This document shows, piece by piece, positions 12,950 through 26,334 of a stretch of 64,000 nucleotides of DNA; the stretch's first letter is position 1, and the number at the start of each line of letters is the position of its first letter. The position numbers were made by a program, and so were the translations under genes. Source of the DNA: Haliotis rubra (taxonomy: Eukaryota); contig NW_025764926.1 of the NCBI RefSeq assembly GCF_003918875.1, forward strand, positions 434,001-498,000, given 5' to 3'. The notes under the pieces were generated by a model. The model made no database searches, was not told where the DNA came from, and worked only from the letters and a program-made list of their open reading frames with translations.

Positions 12950-13764
12950 TGTTACGAGAGTGTGTGTTTGGTAATTTGTAATTGTAATATCACATTGATT
13001 AGGTGATGATTATTATGGGTCACAATGGTTAAAGTTTTGACTGGGGATTAGGCTCGCATCTGGCATTATATATGTTTTCAGTGGCAATAGTATTTGTAGC
13101 GGTACGCCTTTCTGATAGTGCTTCAGAGTTGCCTCCCCTTGGGACAATCTTTTGTATTTGTTTTGACTTCCGGTCGTGTGTTCCACATGATTCCGCATCG
13201 TTCTGAGAGAATAATTATACCAAACGACGTTAAAATATGATACTTGTTGGTCCCTGCCTGGCGCTCGGCATTAATGGGTACAACAAGGACTGGTCGGCTG
13301 GGAGTCAGTATAATGTGTCTGAGTGGGGAATTCATGCTTCACTGCGGCATGGTATCTCAGTGGGCTAGCACTATAAAACCAGCTTAAGTCTGGGCTAGTA
13401 CAAGCAGCCACACATACACATACACACGCATGCACGTCGTCATATAAGCAAAATATTCTCAAGCACGACGATAAACCCAATTTCACCTCACACCTCACAC
13501 CTCGTCTATATTCAAGTGTTGTCATTGTAAACAACCTTCAATCAGTATATTTGTTCTCACTGTGCATGTCAAGACTCTGGTGAGTTAATATTTTATATTT
13601 GTGACCCAATATTGTAGATTTGTGACTCAATTGCATTGTACTAGATATCTTGCTCATTGTTTGCTCAATATATAATTGTATATTTTAGATTTGTCTGTGT
13701 TCTATTTTGCTCATTCAAAGGGGACTCTTAAACCTTTTGTTACGGCAAATTATTAACCGTAACA
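12950..13764. mobile_element. Solo LTR (Gypsy-like) inserted in the TRIM copy 1 RING exon, with a nested SINE
   Basis: TGTTACG...CGTAACA termini; 4-bp TSD CACT at 12946-12949 and 13765-13768. The empty site GGGTCAGACACTTTCGTCATC is present in copy 3. Confidence 0.85.
13224..13503 (+). mobile_element. SINE family C, 5'-truncated, nested in the solo LTR
   Basis: Near-identical to the body and tail of the full copy at 16036-16390. Confidence 0.85.
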
Positions 13765-14016
13765 CACTTTAGTCATCTTCCTGCACAAAGGGCAGATGAC
13801 AGACTTGGCATTGATGGCTTCTGGTCTGATTTTGGTGTAGTTAATGACACATTTCCAACAGAACGTGTGATAACACACAAGTGTACAGGGATCGACGAAC
13901 ACCTCTGTACATATTGTACACGTTAGGAAGTGTTCAGCCAGCTTCTGGGTAGTCGCATTCTGGAAGGATATAACCAAGCAGATGCAATGTGTTGGGTACG
14001 TACTCGATGATGTAAA

Positions 14017-14630
14017 GTTGAACACCGTTGTGTCGAAGTCAGAGGGACCAAAATCAGTACACACTACAGTTGGACACCGTTGTGTCGAAATCCCAGGGAC
14101 CGTGATAAGTACACACTACATTTGAACACCATTGTGTCGAAGTCAGAGGGACCAAGGTAAGTACACACTACAGTTGGACACCGTTGTGTCGAAGTCAGAG
14201 GGACCAAGGTAAGTACACACTATAGTTGGACACCGTTGTGTCGAAGTCAGAGGGACCAAGGTAAGTACGCACTACAGTTGAACACCGTTTTGTCGAAGTC
14301 AGAGGGACCAAGATAAGTACACACTACAGTTGAACACCGTTGTGTCGAAGTCAGACGGACCAAGATAAGTACACACTACAGTTGAACACCGTTGTGTCCA
14401 AATCAGAAGGACCAAGAAAAGTGCACACTGTGTCGAAGTCAGAGGGACCAAGGTAAGTACACACTACAGTTGAACACCGTTGTGTCGAAATCCGAGGGAC
14501 CGTGATAAGTACACACTACATTTGAAAACCATTGTGTCGAAGTCAGAGGGACCGAGATAAGTACACACTATAAGTACACACTATACAGTTGAACACCGTT
14601 GCGTCGAAGTCAGAGGTACCAAGGTAAATA
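14017..14630. repeat. 52-bp minisatellite, about 12 copies
   Basis: Unit GTTGAACACCGTTGTGTCGAAGTCAGAGGGACCAAGGTAAGTACACACTACA. About 2 units at 39190-39285 and about 1 unit at 24005-24050 occupy the same position in the other TRIM copies. Confidence 0.95.
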
Positions 14631-16035
14631 CTGCAGGTTATCCTAGGTTCGACACAACCGATAATGATGAAGATGCAATACGAAGGTGCCAAGATTTCAC
14701 TTCGAGACAATCGTAATTTCGACATATCAACGGTATTTGACTGTATGTTACCTGTCATGGTATGTCAAGACGCTGCCAAATACTCTCAGAAATCTTAAAG
14801 TGCCAACGAACCTATACATATGTACAGAATGTAGATGTCCAAACACGAATTTTCCCAAGACTTTAACAGGTGTATAAGAATAACATGTTCATAATTGCCC
14901 AAGCGGCGGTGGGGTAGCCTTGTGGTCAAAGCATTCACCCATAACACCGAGGACCCCGTTTCTATCTCCAACATGGGTACAATACAATGTTCTTTTCACC
15001 AACATAGTTCGAAGTTGAGTTTCCATCCATTTTTGTAAAGAGACAGTTAATTCCATACCGAGACTATTATATATAATATATTGTTTCCCATCTTCTCTTT
15101 CATTACACAAGACCTTCAGAATTACAAAAACCTGTATTTAAACGATTAAAAATTTATTAAGTTGTGACGGGTTCTTCACAGAAAACGTTAACATACAATT
15201 CTTGATTAAATACCGTTTTAATGGATGCATACAAACACAAAGATTTCTTTTCTAATAATTCAGAATGCACACTTTGTTTATGTTAGAAAAATACTTCATG
15301 ACATCTTTAAGATCCATCCATCCATGTCTTTCTATATATACTTGTATGAATAATGGGTCATTTAGCCTTTTGAAAACTTGCTTTGTTTTTTCTGTTTTCC
15401 CATTTCTCTTAAGCTCATATATGTAGCTATGAAAATATCGTTGCAATCTCTTGAACGCTTGACATATTTGTCGCTGTATTAACGTCATGTATCAAAGTTT
15501 TATCAGATTGTATATGCATATGAAGTGTATAACGCAGCTGAGTCGTGTCTCAGCATGTGTGTACCACCTGACGACGTCCCTTCATTATTAAAAGACGATA
15601 GGACGGGTGTTTTTAAATACCGGTATAGATTTTATCAAACGAGTCATTTTAAAATGTCATATGCCGAACATTTGTGAAAGTTAAACCGAACATAAACCGG
15701 TTGACCTTTTATTTAATTCCACTAACACACAAATTTCCTTGTACAACAAGTATATCTCTGTGTCCTGATAGAGGTGACTAGGAATACAAACAAACACATT
15801 CATACATTGAGTGTGAATTTGTTTGTTGTGTGTGTGACCAGGGAGTGTGATATTTTGTGTGTCATGGTGTGACAGGTGTCTCATGGTGTGACATATCAGC
15901 TGTGTACGTCTGTGTGATTATTAATGTCCCACCGAGAGTGTCTGCAACAACCTACCTCGACCAAGCTGTCCGTGCCACCTGACTACAGGGTGTGTGACAG
16001 ACAGAGTTGCCTCCCGTCTAGTAGAATGCCGAAGG

Positions 16036-16390
16036 TGAGGTGAGGTGAAATTGGGTTTAACGTCGTGCTTGAGAATATTTCGATCATATGACGACGTGCA
16101 TGCGTGTGTATGTGTATGTGCGGCTGCTTGTACTAGCCCAGACTGAAGCTGGTTTTATAGTACTAGCCCACTGAGATATCCATGCCGCAGTGAAGCATGA
16201 ATACCCCACTCAGACACATTATACTGACTCCCAGCCGACCAGTCCTTGTTGCACCCTTTAAAGCCGAGCGCCAGGCAGGGACCAACAAGTACAATATTTA
16301 ACGTCTTTTGGTATGACGCGGTCGGGGATAGAACCCGCAACCTTCCGGTCTCCAGGCGGACGCTCTAACCACTACACCACGGAGGCGGTC
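16036..16390 (-). mobile_element. Full-length tRNA-derived SINE family C (central domain resembles the Meta-SINE domain)
   Basis: A/B-box head (TGGTGTAGTGG...GGTTCTATCCC), body GTCATACCAAAAGACGTTAAA..., (CACCT)n tail. 12-bp TSD GAATGCCGAAGG at 16024-16035 and 16391-16402. Another copy at 57783-58043. Confidence 0.9.
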
Positions 16391-18763
16391 GAATGCCGAA
16401 GGAAACTGATAAAGTGAATAGCCGACTGACTTGATACCCACATTACGTTCCTCATGCCTGCCCTTTTTTGCGAAAACCTGGTGACATAAAGAGATCAATT
16501 CATATAATTTTCACAACTATTTCCCCTTCAAACCAAACGGAATTTGTTTTTGAGTTTGGTTAAAACTGGGCATTCCCATGTACTGGCCACTTACATTCAC
16601 TGATATGCTACCAAATATAATCAAATGTATACCACTATGATCAGTCACAGAAAACGTTTCTTTTCCACTTTTGAGCTCAGTAGGTCCTTAATAGGTATGT
16701 ATCTGATTACAGATACATGTAAAACAAAGGTATCCTGCTTTTGTTACAGAGATGTGAATATTGAGTCATATCTGTAAGTTATTTAGTAATGGCCGCCAGC
16801 TAGTACCCAACACTGCCGCTGTTACAGGTCATTGGCTCCCTCCCTCTGCAAGCCTTCTGCGTTCTGCTGTTTATTTTGTTGACAGTTACATAGACAGATT
16901 CTTTAATACAAATGCATACAATCGGTGATTTACAATGTGATTAGGTTGTCTGACAAAACATCCACTTGCACAGTTTGAGATCGATTGGGTCATTGGATGA
17001 AGATATATTTACAAAAAAACCGGGTCCACATGCATTTCATGCCAAACTATAGGTTTTCTGGACAATTTGCAGCCTTTACATGCATGTTCCCTACAATGTT
17101 CCGGGCGCAAATCCATATCAAATTTAATGGAAATCATTATCTTGTAAAACGCAGGTTTTGCTTTTAGTGGCATTATGTCGTGAGCTGAAGATGAGTCCAC
17201 TTGAACAGTTACCAAATTGATTTAACTGATTAAACTTGTGGACTATGGAACCAGTGACTCATAATATGAATATCTTCTAATCGGGTCACGATGACCCACA
17301 TTCAACCTTGGAACACACATTGTAACTACACGCGGTTTAAATATTTGCTAGAGGTGACCTACCTGCATTTATGTCAAAACATATTGTGATTATATCAACG
17401 AATTGTATGTCTGGAGCAATTCCTTCCTCAAACCGATGTGTCATATACAACCCATTCCATTACATAAGGCAAAATATGAAATATGTACACAAACCAATCA
17501 ATTGATCGATGGACCAAATACTTCAGTTGTTATTTTCGAATTACGACTACTGCGTGGATGTGCAGAGATTCCACTACTTACAAGTAATGAAAACAAAACA
17601 TTTTGGAGCCACAGAGTGGAACAGAATTTTTACCCCCCAGAGCAACATTCAGTTAGTAGTTGACTCAGCTATCTGAATAGATCCGGTAAAGGATACAGAC
17701 ATCCTTTAAATAGTCTCAGTCACAACCAAATTGTTCTGTAGTAGTGTCAGAACATCCTAATCTGGTTAGTTATATATGTCTTATTGACGTATTATTTGGC
17801 ATGGCAACAGCTGTCTAAATAGAACATTTAACAAGTCATCAATTAGTCTCGACCTCAGCAGGTGCAGAAGTCGTAAGAGTTGGCGTTCAGAAACTCCAGT
17901 CTCCGTCGGTGACGACATTTATGTAAGGAGCTGGTAACTCACAGTTGGATACGTTGGCAGTCAAGGGGGAGAAATGAAATCCTACAAACAATTAGAGTCC
18001 CCTGTCCACGTGTCATCATGTTTAGTTTGTTAAAGGTCCCTCGTGTTTATCTGACGACAAGTCATCCCTTGAAGGCACATTTTCAAATATTGCTATGATT
18101 ATCGTAAGGCATGTGTATTGTAAAGTCCTTTGATCAATGCTTGCAATTCAGTGGACATAGCAGTAGGAAGACGTCCAATATATCGCCGTATAAAACGTCA
18201 GTGCCAAAGAAAACCCAGTCTTGATTATCCTCATAAACAGATTCCATTTAGTGAGGAGAGAAAGTAGCTGTGAAATGTTTATGAATGGAGCATAGAAAAT
18301 CATTGACACCAGGTGTTCGCGAAAAGGGAAAGCACGTCCGGCCGTTCCAGTAGCACCCGCCATTCACCCAATTTACATCAAAAAGTAAGCTTATATACCC
18401 TGACACCGCACAGTCGTACACTTGTAAGCAAGCCAATCACGTGATAGATGGCCAAATGATTGAGTTATTAATTACGCCGGCTACGTAGAAATGCACAGAT
18501 CCCACTACTTCTTATCATAGAAAACCGCCTTGAAAATATAGTTGTTTTACAACACAGTGTGGATCAGTATTGATCACAGACCAAACATTTCTTTTGTAGT
18601 TGAATCAACACAGATAAATACTTCGGAGCTTATGGTGAAACTTCTGGACTTCTGTCCAGACACATCAACACAGTTCTAGTAAATGCATATCATCAGTGCA
18701 TAAAACTACCCAGGCTCAACCATCCTCAGATACAGGCACTCCTGGCATTAGTAACGCGAAGAG

Positions 18764-19211
18764 TAGGACTGCATGGGATTACCGTATGCAATGCGCTTTT
18801 CAAACGATACGCATTGCAATATTTAATTCCTGAGAATCGGTATATTGGGTAAAGAACATATATGAAGTTTTTGTGATTATCTTTATGGTTAAAATTAAAA
18901 TCTACACAGACTTTCATTCACAACAAATGTTTTCCTTCTTTATTCAATGACAAAACGACATACTGTAATACTATAAATTGTACACACAAAAAAATAGAAT
19001 CCCTGACTAACCTAATTTTGAGATTGCTGTTATCAGAACCATAACATATATGTTTAGGGACTTATAATGTAGAAAATAGGATTGACATGCACAGTTAGCG
19101 TCACTCACTGTCTAACACTTAAGCTCCCAATATATCGCAATACGTATCGCAATAAGGGTACCCGAATCGCAATATATTACAATACAATTTATTTGTCAAT
19201 ACACAGCCCTA
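18764..19211. mobile_element. hAT-type MITE
   Basis: TAGGACTGC...CACAGCCCTA termini; 8-bp TSD GCGAAGAG/GTGAAGAG; ATCGCAATA-type subterminal repeats. Confidence 0.75.
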
Positions 19212-21699
19212 GTGAAGAGAATACATTATACTGTTTGGTGGTGCCAGGCGTGGACTTCTTACCATATCGCTAGTTCCGTTCCAAGGGATCTGTACCTTGA
19301 AGTAGCGTCCTTAGAGGGGCGACTGACAGGAGCGAGTCTTCGTTCGTCTCGCCCCCTTCAGACCTGGATGGTGGTGTCAGACGCCTTGCTCATCCCTTCG
19401 TTTTCGGCCAGGAGGATCTGGAAGTCATGAAGACGGTTTGACAAACAATTCACTTCATAATTAAGAATGAACAATCTGGGTGATCACTAAGGCAGTAGCT
19501 CGTAAAGTACAAAAGAGCAATTGCGAAGAACATTCTATCATTTTAACAATATATAGAAAATGATTTAATGAAAGTACATACATGCTATAAATTGCCTGCA
19601 ATACCCGTAATGCTGTACGTATATATAATGCTGATATGTACTTATTGTCCCTGTCATCTGCTGTCTTTGTGCACGATTCACCCAAATACTCCCAAATATC
19701 GATATTGAGAGGCTGTGGTTGACGCATTATGACAAACATTATGTCCGAAGCAATACCCTACTGTGACTGGTTCCATTTGTTCCCGTGGATTGTTTTCAGG
19801 TGAACAGGCCTTTTGTGCGTTTGTGACGGGTAATTCCCATTTTCAGCAACACAAGCATGATAATGACGTGACTATTGCATAATGACTCATGAACACACGT
19901 TGACAATACAGTCGAAACTGAGCAAGGCTATTAGCTCTATTTGGAAAAACTCTTATGTTGAATTGAATAGTTTAATGTCCGCTAAAAAACTGGCCAAGAA
20001 AACATAAAATAACCTCGAACACGAAATTAGTTATATGTAAGATGTGGTTAAGACCATTTAACTAAATGAAAGTTGGGGGTTTAGAGAGGAATAACTCAAA
20101 ATTATGTGAATTATACTACGAATAAAAGGTTAAGGACCATTTCTTACATGTCAGCAGCTTCGTTTGAGTTGTATGTAAATTGAATACGTTCTAATAATCA
20201 GGAATACTAACCTAAAATAATTAAAAAGTCATAACTGGTGAGAAACATTACTAGTCGGCGTAGTCTCTATTTACAGACTGCCGCCACAGAGCTGGAACGT
20301 TGCAACAAACCAACAAAAGCAACGCATGGGGACATTTTAATCTACATTAGTTGTAGCCATGCCACTGTCTGCATGTTTGACTAACCACATGAAGAATACA
20401 AAAGGACAAAGACGACTGATGATTAAACTATATGCTATAAACAGCACGTTTTGGTGAATAAGTGAATGCTGTTTGAGGCCGCAGTCAGACACACCCAGGC
20501 TGTATCACACGGCTGGTCAATAATGGAGTAAAGTCAAAACATTGGTTACACAACAGTCTCGTTTCCTGCTGACTGGGTTACGTCCTATTGCGCAACTTAG
20601 TACAATAACCAGTCCAGAATTTTGAGACCAATTCATTCAACTGGATACATTTAATATCAATCAGTATTATTTGATACATCTAAGCACTTGTATATTGCAA
20701 CACTACGCTCCTTCTAATTCTTGCAAACACGTCGTGCAGCGTGCTCTGACAAATGGAAATCTGGAAATCGTGGAAATCGTGGAAATCTCAAAACGAGGCT
20801 CTGCCGCTAGAAAAGTTTGGCGGTCTTGTACGGACTTGATATTATATCAATCATATTGTGCGTTACAAAACTACACTGAATAAGCGCAAAGAACACATAA
20901 CAGGTGTAACCAGTGAGCCTTGTGAATCATTTTACGACCTCATCAAACAGGGGCAGTCATGCTGCTACACCTCGCCATAAAATAAAGAAATACGATGTTA
21001 TTAAAGTTTAAAATTAACTTGTAAATACCATTTTCTTATGAAACAAGAAATTGAAATTCAGTGTAACCAAAGTTGTTTGTGGTGTCTCTTCACTTTCACA
21101 CGAGAAAATTCGGATCGGCTGAAAAGTAGGTCATTGTCTGAATAGGTTAATGAGACTCATGTTTCGGTTTGTGAACTTGAGTAACCAATGACTGATATTT
21201 TAAGCAACGACAGGTAATAATGTGCCATCATCCAAGTCAAGCGAAAGATAATCCCAGTCATATGAATCACCTTTAACGACCAACTTGTTGGTTGAAACAA
21301 ACTGCATTCAGGAGTCTCAGTAAAGAACCAGTTCAACATTGATTGCATTAAGGCAACGCACAATATAGACGAATTAAATTGTTCTATTGATTAATGTTAT
21401 AAATGTGTATGTTTGTTTCCACAAGTAGTCCGTGTAAAATCTGCAGATGGTCCGGGGCGGTGAGGTAGCCCTATGGTTAAAGCGTCCGCTCGTCACGCTC
21501 ATGGCTCTGGTTCGATTCCCCACATTGGTACAATATGTGATGCCCATTTCCGATGTACCCCGCCGTGAAATTGCTTGAATCTTACTAAAAGCGATGTAAA
21601 CCATATTCACTCACTGTAGATGTACGGACAAACATGTACACCTATGCCACGTCCATCGACGGTATTCCACGTGGATAAGCACTGCGGCCATGTACGCTG

Positions 21700-23948
21700 T
21701 CAACACATGTACACTTTGACAACTCCTTGATAATACAGACCAACATACATCCGGCCACGCCCATCTATATCAACACCTAGTGGTGTGTCAATATCGTCCT
21801 CATCTGTCAGTATGTTTTCGACAAACTCTCCTGCCTCGGTCAGATGAATGACTCTGTGTAGAGAAGAGTCTGTAACCAGGATGTCACCTCTGCAGGTACT
21901 TGTGATACCATGTGGCTCTTTCAGTGCTGTGTCTCCTGTAGGTCTGTAGTGGAAAACAGTCTCACCCTCGGGGGTCAGACACACGACAGATTTAGATCCC
22001 CAGTCAGACACCAGGATGTGCCCTGTCCTTGTGCTACAAAGGTAGGAGGGATCCGGAAAGACCTTGGTACCACTCTTGTATGTGCTGATTGACTTCAGCA
22101 CGTCTCCTGTCATATCCAGGATATCGACACAGGGGAGGAGACGGAGAGCTTGCTGCGAGTGTTGACGGGTTCAGAAATGTTATACCCCAGTACTGTTTAC
22201 TGGTAGTGATGGTTGACAGCAGTTCCAGATCCGGGTTGACACCTACTGTTACAATCTGGTTTTTAGCTGGAACTGTTACAGCCACCTGGTTGTACGTCAG
22301 CCTTGTCAAACTTTCCGGACAATTCCTCAGACATAGCCTGCTGTGACAAGGTTGATTGTTCCTGGTGTAGAAAGACTTCACACTGGTGTTCTCGCAGTCT
22401 GTGAGTACAACTGTTTCTGTACCATCCACCATCATCACGGCCAAGTCAGTCATCCGTGCTGCACGTCGTTCTCCTGCTATTCTGACTGTAATGGTGTCTT
22501 GTAGCACTGGATCAGCCATTAGGTCCACATCGCCATCACGCAGGACGTCTATCGCACCCAGCTGTAGATCCCCCAGCGCTTTACTCAGCTTCTCAATGTC
22601 ATGTCTGAATGTGACCCTGACCATTATTCCATCCTCTGCGTCCCCAACAGCCTCCACACCACCAGCCTCACAGCCCTGATACATCTCATACACATCCATG
22701 TCACATTCAGATTGTAGAGCCTGGTCTATCAGCTCAGTCTGTTGTTGGTACATCTGTAATGAAAACTCTCTTGATTTTACACTTGCTTTCAGTTGTCCGA
22801 TGTGGATGTCTGACATCTCTTTGAGATTATCCAGAAGTTGCTTTCTCTTAAACGTGATCTGTTGAATGGCTTCCTGTGTTACAGACATTATGTTTTCTTC
22901 CATTCGTGCGTATCTAGACATTTCTCTATTTAATGACGATTTCAGTTCATCAGTTTTGTATTTCGTGTCTTCTTGCTTCTTTGATAACGCCTCTTTCTTC
23001 TTCTTGAGTTCACTTCTCATGGTCTCGATCTGTGACTCGATTGTGACAAAGGAATCACACTTCCTGTGATAAATGATGCAACATTTGTAACAAACCATCT
23101 TCTCGCAATCCTCACACAGAAACTCCACGCATTCCTGCTTGTGTTCCTTGCACATGACATTTCGCTTTCTTTTGACCCTGACCTCCCCACACAGTTCAGT
23201 GACGTCATGGTGACGTGTAGCTGGGATGCGATTGTGCACTCTGACACATTTCTCACATAGTGCGTCATCACAGACAGAACACCAAACAACAGCTGGAGTT
23301 GTCTCCCGTCCCTCTTTACAGAATGCGCAAAAGTTTGAATCTGGAAAGGATTGATATGTTAAGGAAGTAGATCTTAACACAAACGTAAAAGGTGGAATCA
23401 ATAACAGTTATCATTATACCCAAAGATCACCTGATAGCGATTTATGCACATTACTGCCAGAATTAAATGTAGGACTTTTATCATTTCAGACACTTTGACG
23501 ATGTAATAACGTCGTACACTCAAAATCTCTTACTGTGATATTGCATGGTACATTATATATTCACTGATTTATAAAAGACAAAATAAAACTTAAAGCATTC
23601 CTGGAGCTTCAACTTGTGATTCGATCAGCAGTACATGTGAGTGTATATATACATACCCTTTGATTCCGGACCAAACGAGTCCAAAAGTCCCTGCATGACA
23701 AAGCTTGGCTTGACGTCATCTGCCCATTCCTCCACTGGTTTCTCAGGGTCAGAGACCTTCGTCATCTTGCTGCAGAAAGGGCAGATGAGCGACTTGGCAT
23801 TGATGGCTTCTGGTCTGGTTTTGGTGAAGTTGATTACACATTTCCGACAGAAAGTGTGATAACACACAAGTGTACAGGGATTGACGAACACCTCTGTACA
23901 TATTGTACACGTCAGGAAGTGTTCGGTCAGCTTCTGGGAGGTCGCCAT
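21700..23948 (-). CDS. TRIM-NHL E3 ligase copy 2 (RING, B-box1, B-box2, coiled coil, NHL); one extra G at 22132-22135
   Basis: Exon 23657-23948 (ATG; C3HC4 RING CTIC...CYHTFCRKC...CPFC; donor G|GTATGT) and exon 21700-23340 (acceptor TTTCCAG). Removing one G from the GGGG run restores SPPCVDIL as in copy 3 and gives 643 aa. Confidence 0.85.
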
Positions 23949-24329
23949 CTGGAAGGATATAACCAAGCAGATGCTATGTGTAGGTAAGTACACAATGATA
24001 TACAGGTTAACACCCTTATGTCGAAGTTAGAGTAACCAAGGTAAATACTGCAAGGTTCGACACAACCGTAAATGATGACGATGTAATACGAATTTGCCAA
24101 GCTTTCACTTCGAGACAGCCGTAACCTTGACATATCAACAGTGTTTTTACAAGGGGCGGTGGCGTAGCCTTGTGGTTAAAGCATTCGCTCGTCATACCGA
24201 GGACCAGGGCTCGATCCCCCAGATGTGTACAACGAGCGAAGACCATTTCTGGTGTCTCCAGGCGTGTTGGATATATGTGAAATATTGTTAAAAGTGGCGT
24301 AAAATTAAACTCACACACTATTATAGGAT

Positions 24330-24790
24330 ATTTATATAGCGCACATAGTACAAGCTCAAGGCGCTGGAATGTTCCCTTGATCAATGGATATCTTTTTTCT
24401 GGCATTCTGTTTTATTAACCATCTCAACTTCATGGGTAGTATTTAACTCATGCAGTCTGTTAGGCCCAGCGAGTTATCACACAGCCTCATCCTCACAAGG
24501 TACCCATTTGCAGGCGCTGAACTGGGACACATAGTCACAGTATTTTGTCCAATGATACTGCACGTTACTGTACCCGCAACGAGGTGTCTGCACGTGTTCG
24601 TGTGTCCACCATCTAGTTACCTACCATCGGATGAGTGGGTTCTTGAAAGTGCACAGGGTTGTGTAGTAGGTGTTGTGACAACGCCTGCAAGTAATGATGC
24701 TCCAAGGTTTTTACACTCGGTCACAAGTGGGGATCGATCCAGGAACCTTTCGCTTATTAGCGCGGCGCTTTATACACGTCGCCCACCTTG
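24330..24790 (-). mobile_element. SINE family D (tRNA head plus CORE-like domain), degenerate
   Basis: Homologous to 42262-42650. Confidence 0.6.
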
Positions 24791-25442
24791 CCACTCACAT
24801 ATTTGCAAAGAAACTACCGTCGACTCAAAGATGAAGTCGCTAACAGTGACCTTCACATACAAACATACTCCAAAAGCGCCTTTGAAAATTTCATACGGGT
24901 ATTATTATTCAAGGTTATTGTTCAGATAGCGAAAATTGAAAGTTGCATCAGAAATTCTGGAAAAGGATTCTCTCCTTGCAAGGCTGCCCATCATCAAAGA
25001 CAACAAATAGTGCTACATCTTGTCGGGTGATTATCCCCACCACTAAGATGTTATTTACGATAACCCCTTAAATATAATAACAAGAAATATCTACAGACAG
25101 CCTGTGTTGATACGTACGTGACGTGTGTCGTTATTTCATGGCGGTAATGCCACCGTGGTCCAACTGTAAGGGTTTTCTGAGAAGTCTATGGGACGTATGG
25201 GTTAATGAATAGAATGTGCATGCATTTCTTTATTTTAAAACAATAATTTATTGAATTTATTTGCCCTTCTTGTACTTAAAATGTCGGATCTGCTCATTCT
25301 GCTGCAGAGTTGTATACTGTGGAACGGGGCGTTTATCATATAATGCAAAGGGAGGTAATCGCACAGTAGTTAACAAGAGGATGTTGGTGTAAAACGGAAT
25401 GAATTGAAACCAGAACTGTTCATATTGTTTGAGCATGACTGT

Positions 25443-25627
25443 NNNNNNNNNNNNNNNNNNNNNNNNNNNNNNNNNNNNNNNNNNNNNNNNNNNNNNNNNN
25501 NNNNNNNNNNNNNNNNNNNNNNNNNNNNNNNNNNNNNNNNNNNNNNNNNNNNNNNNNNNNNNNNNNNNNNNNNNNNNNNNNNNNNNNNNNNNNNNNNNNN
25601 NNNNNNNNNNNNNNNNNNNNNNNNNNN
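25443..25627. other. Assembly gap (N run)
   Basis: Run of n. The flanks (about 25200-25440 and 25680-25915) are diverged direct repeats of each other. Confidence 0.99.
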
Positions 25628-26334
25628 AGGGAAATGTTGTTGTGCATATAACTATTTTCTGTCGGATTAATCTCGTGTGGGTAAATGAATAGAAAGTGCA
25701 TCCGCTTTTGTAAAACAATTGTGATTAACGTGTCATATTTGCTCTTGTGCCATAACTGAAGGGTCTTCTGCAGTGATGTTATTTACTGTATAAAGACAAT
25801 GTTTACTATCAATAATAAGGGGAAGCAATCGCACTGTTGTGAACAATAGGGTGCAAGTGTAATACAGGAAATGAATTGAAACCTATACTGTTCATATTGA
25901 TTTGTGTATGATTGTGTTGACTGAACTTTGAAAATTGTTCTTGAGACATTTCGTTCTTTTCTTAATTCACAAAGGGCAACATAATTTTATTCATGACAAC
26001 TCTTCGGTCGGCTCCATCTCACGTTAAAGGCATTTCTTTTGTTGAGACAATCGTAACAATGTTTCAATTTTTCTGACCAGAGAACAGAGAAAGAACATTT
26101 ATAGGAACACTTGGACTGAGCCGTTCGTGTTGTAGTACAAGGTATAGAGTATGGAGGTTGAACATTATTGCAATACATGTATATATTTTCCTTTGTAAAC
26201 TTAACAATCTACAGATTAAGAAAGATGGATGACACCTTTATTGTTATATTATGAAGCTTTGGTATGGATAGGTGTGCTAGCTTGAGAGCGATTTAAGAAT
26301 CTATACCGAAACGTCGGATCATGATAATAATTAT

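Larger units (their letters stand above)
11199..13959 (-). pseudogene. TRIM-NHL copy 1 (pseudogene)
   Basis: The RING exon 12864-13959 is split by a solo LTR (12950-13764) and its in-frame ATG is lost (CAG|AATGCG). Exon 2 (11199-12614) has a nonsense codon at 12091, frameshifts and large deletions in the NHL region. Collinear with copies 2 and 3. Confidence 0.9.

Noticed and set aside
14017-14630. Regular repeat array superficially like a CRISPR array (also 50137-51000)
   Set aside because: Units are contiguous with no unique spacers, there are no cas genes, and the context is a eukaryotic intron.
19255-19440. GC-rich exon-like segment on the minus strand ending in a GTAAG donor (RLHDFQILLAENEGMSKASDTTIQV*RGRDERR...)
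   Set aside because: In-frame stop, no clear acceptor, no partner exons and no homology I recognise.
25257-25718. ORFs spanning the N run, and the many 60-130 aa ORFs antisense to TRIM/oxidase exons or inside SINEs and satellites
   Set aside because: Artefacts of the gap, antisense shadows or repeat translation, with no domain signatures.
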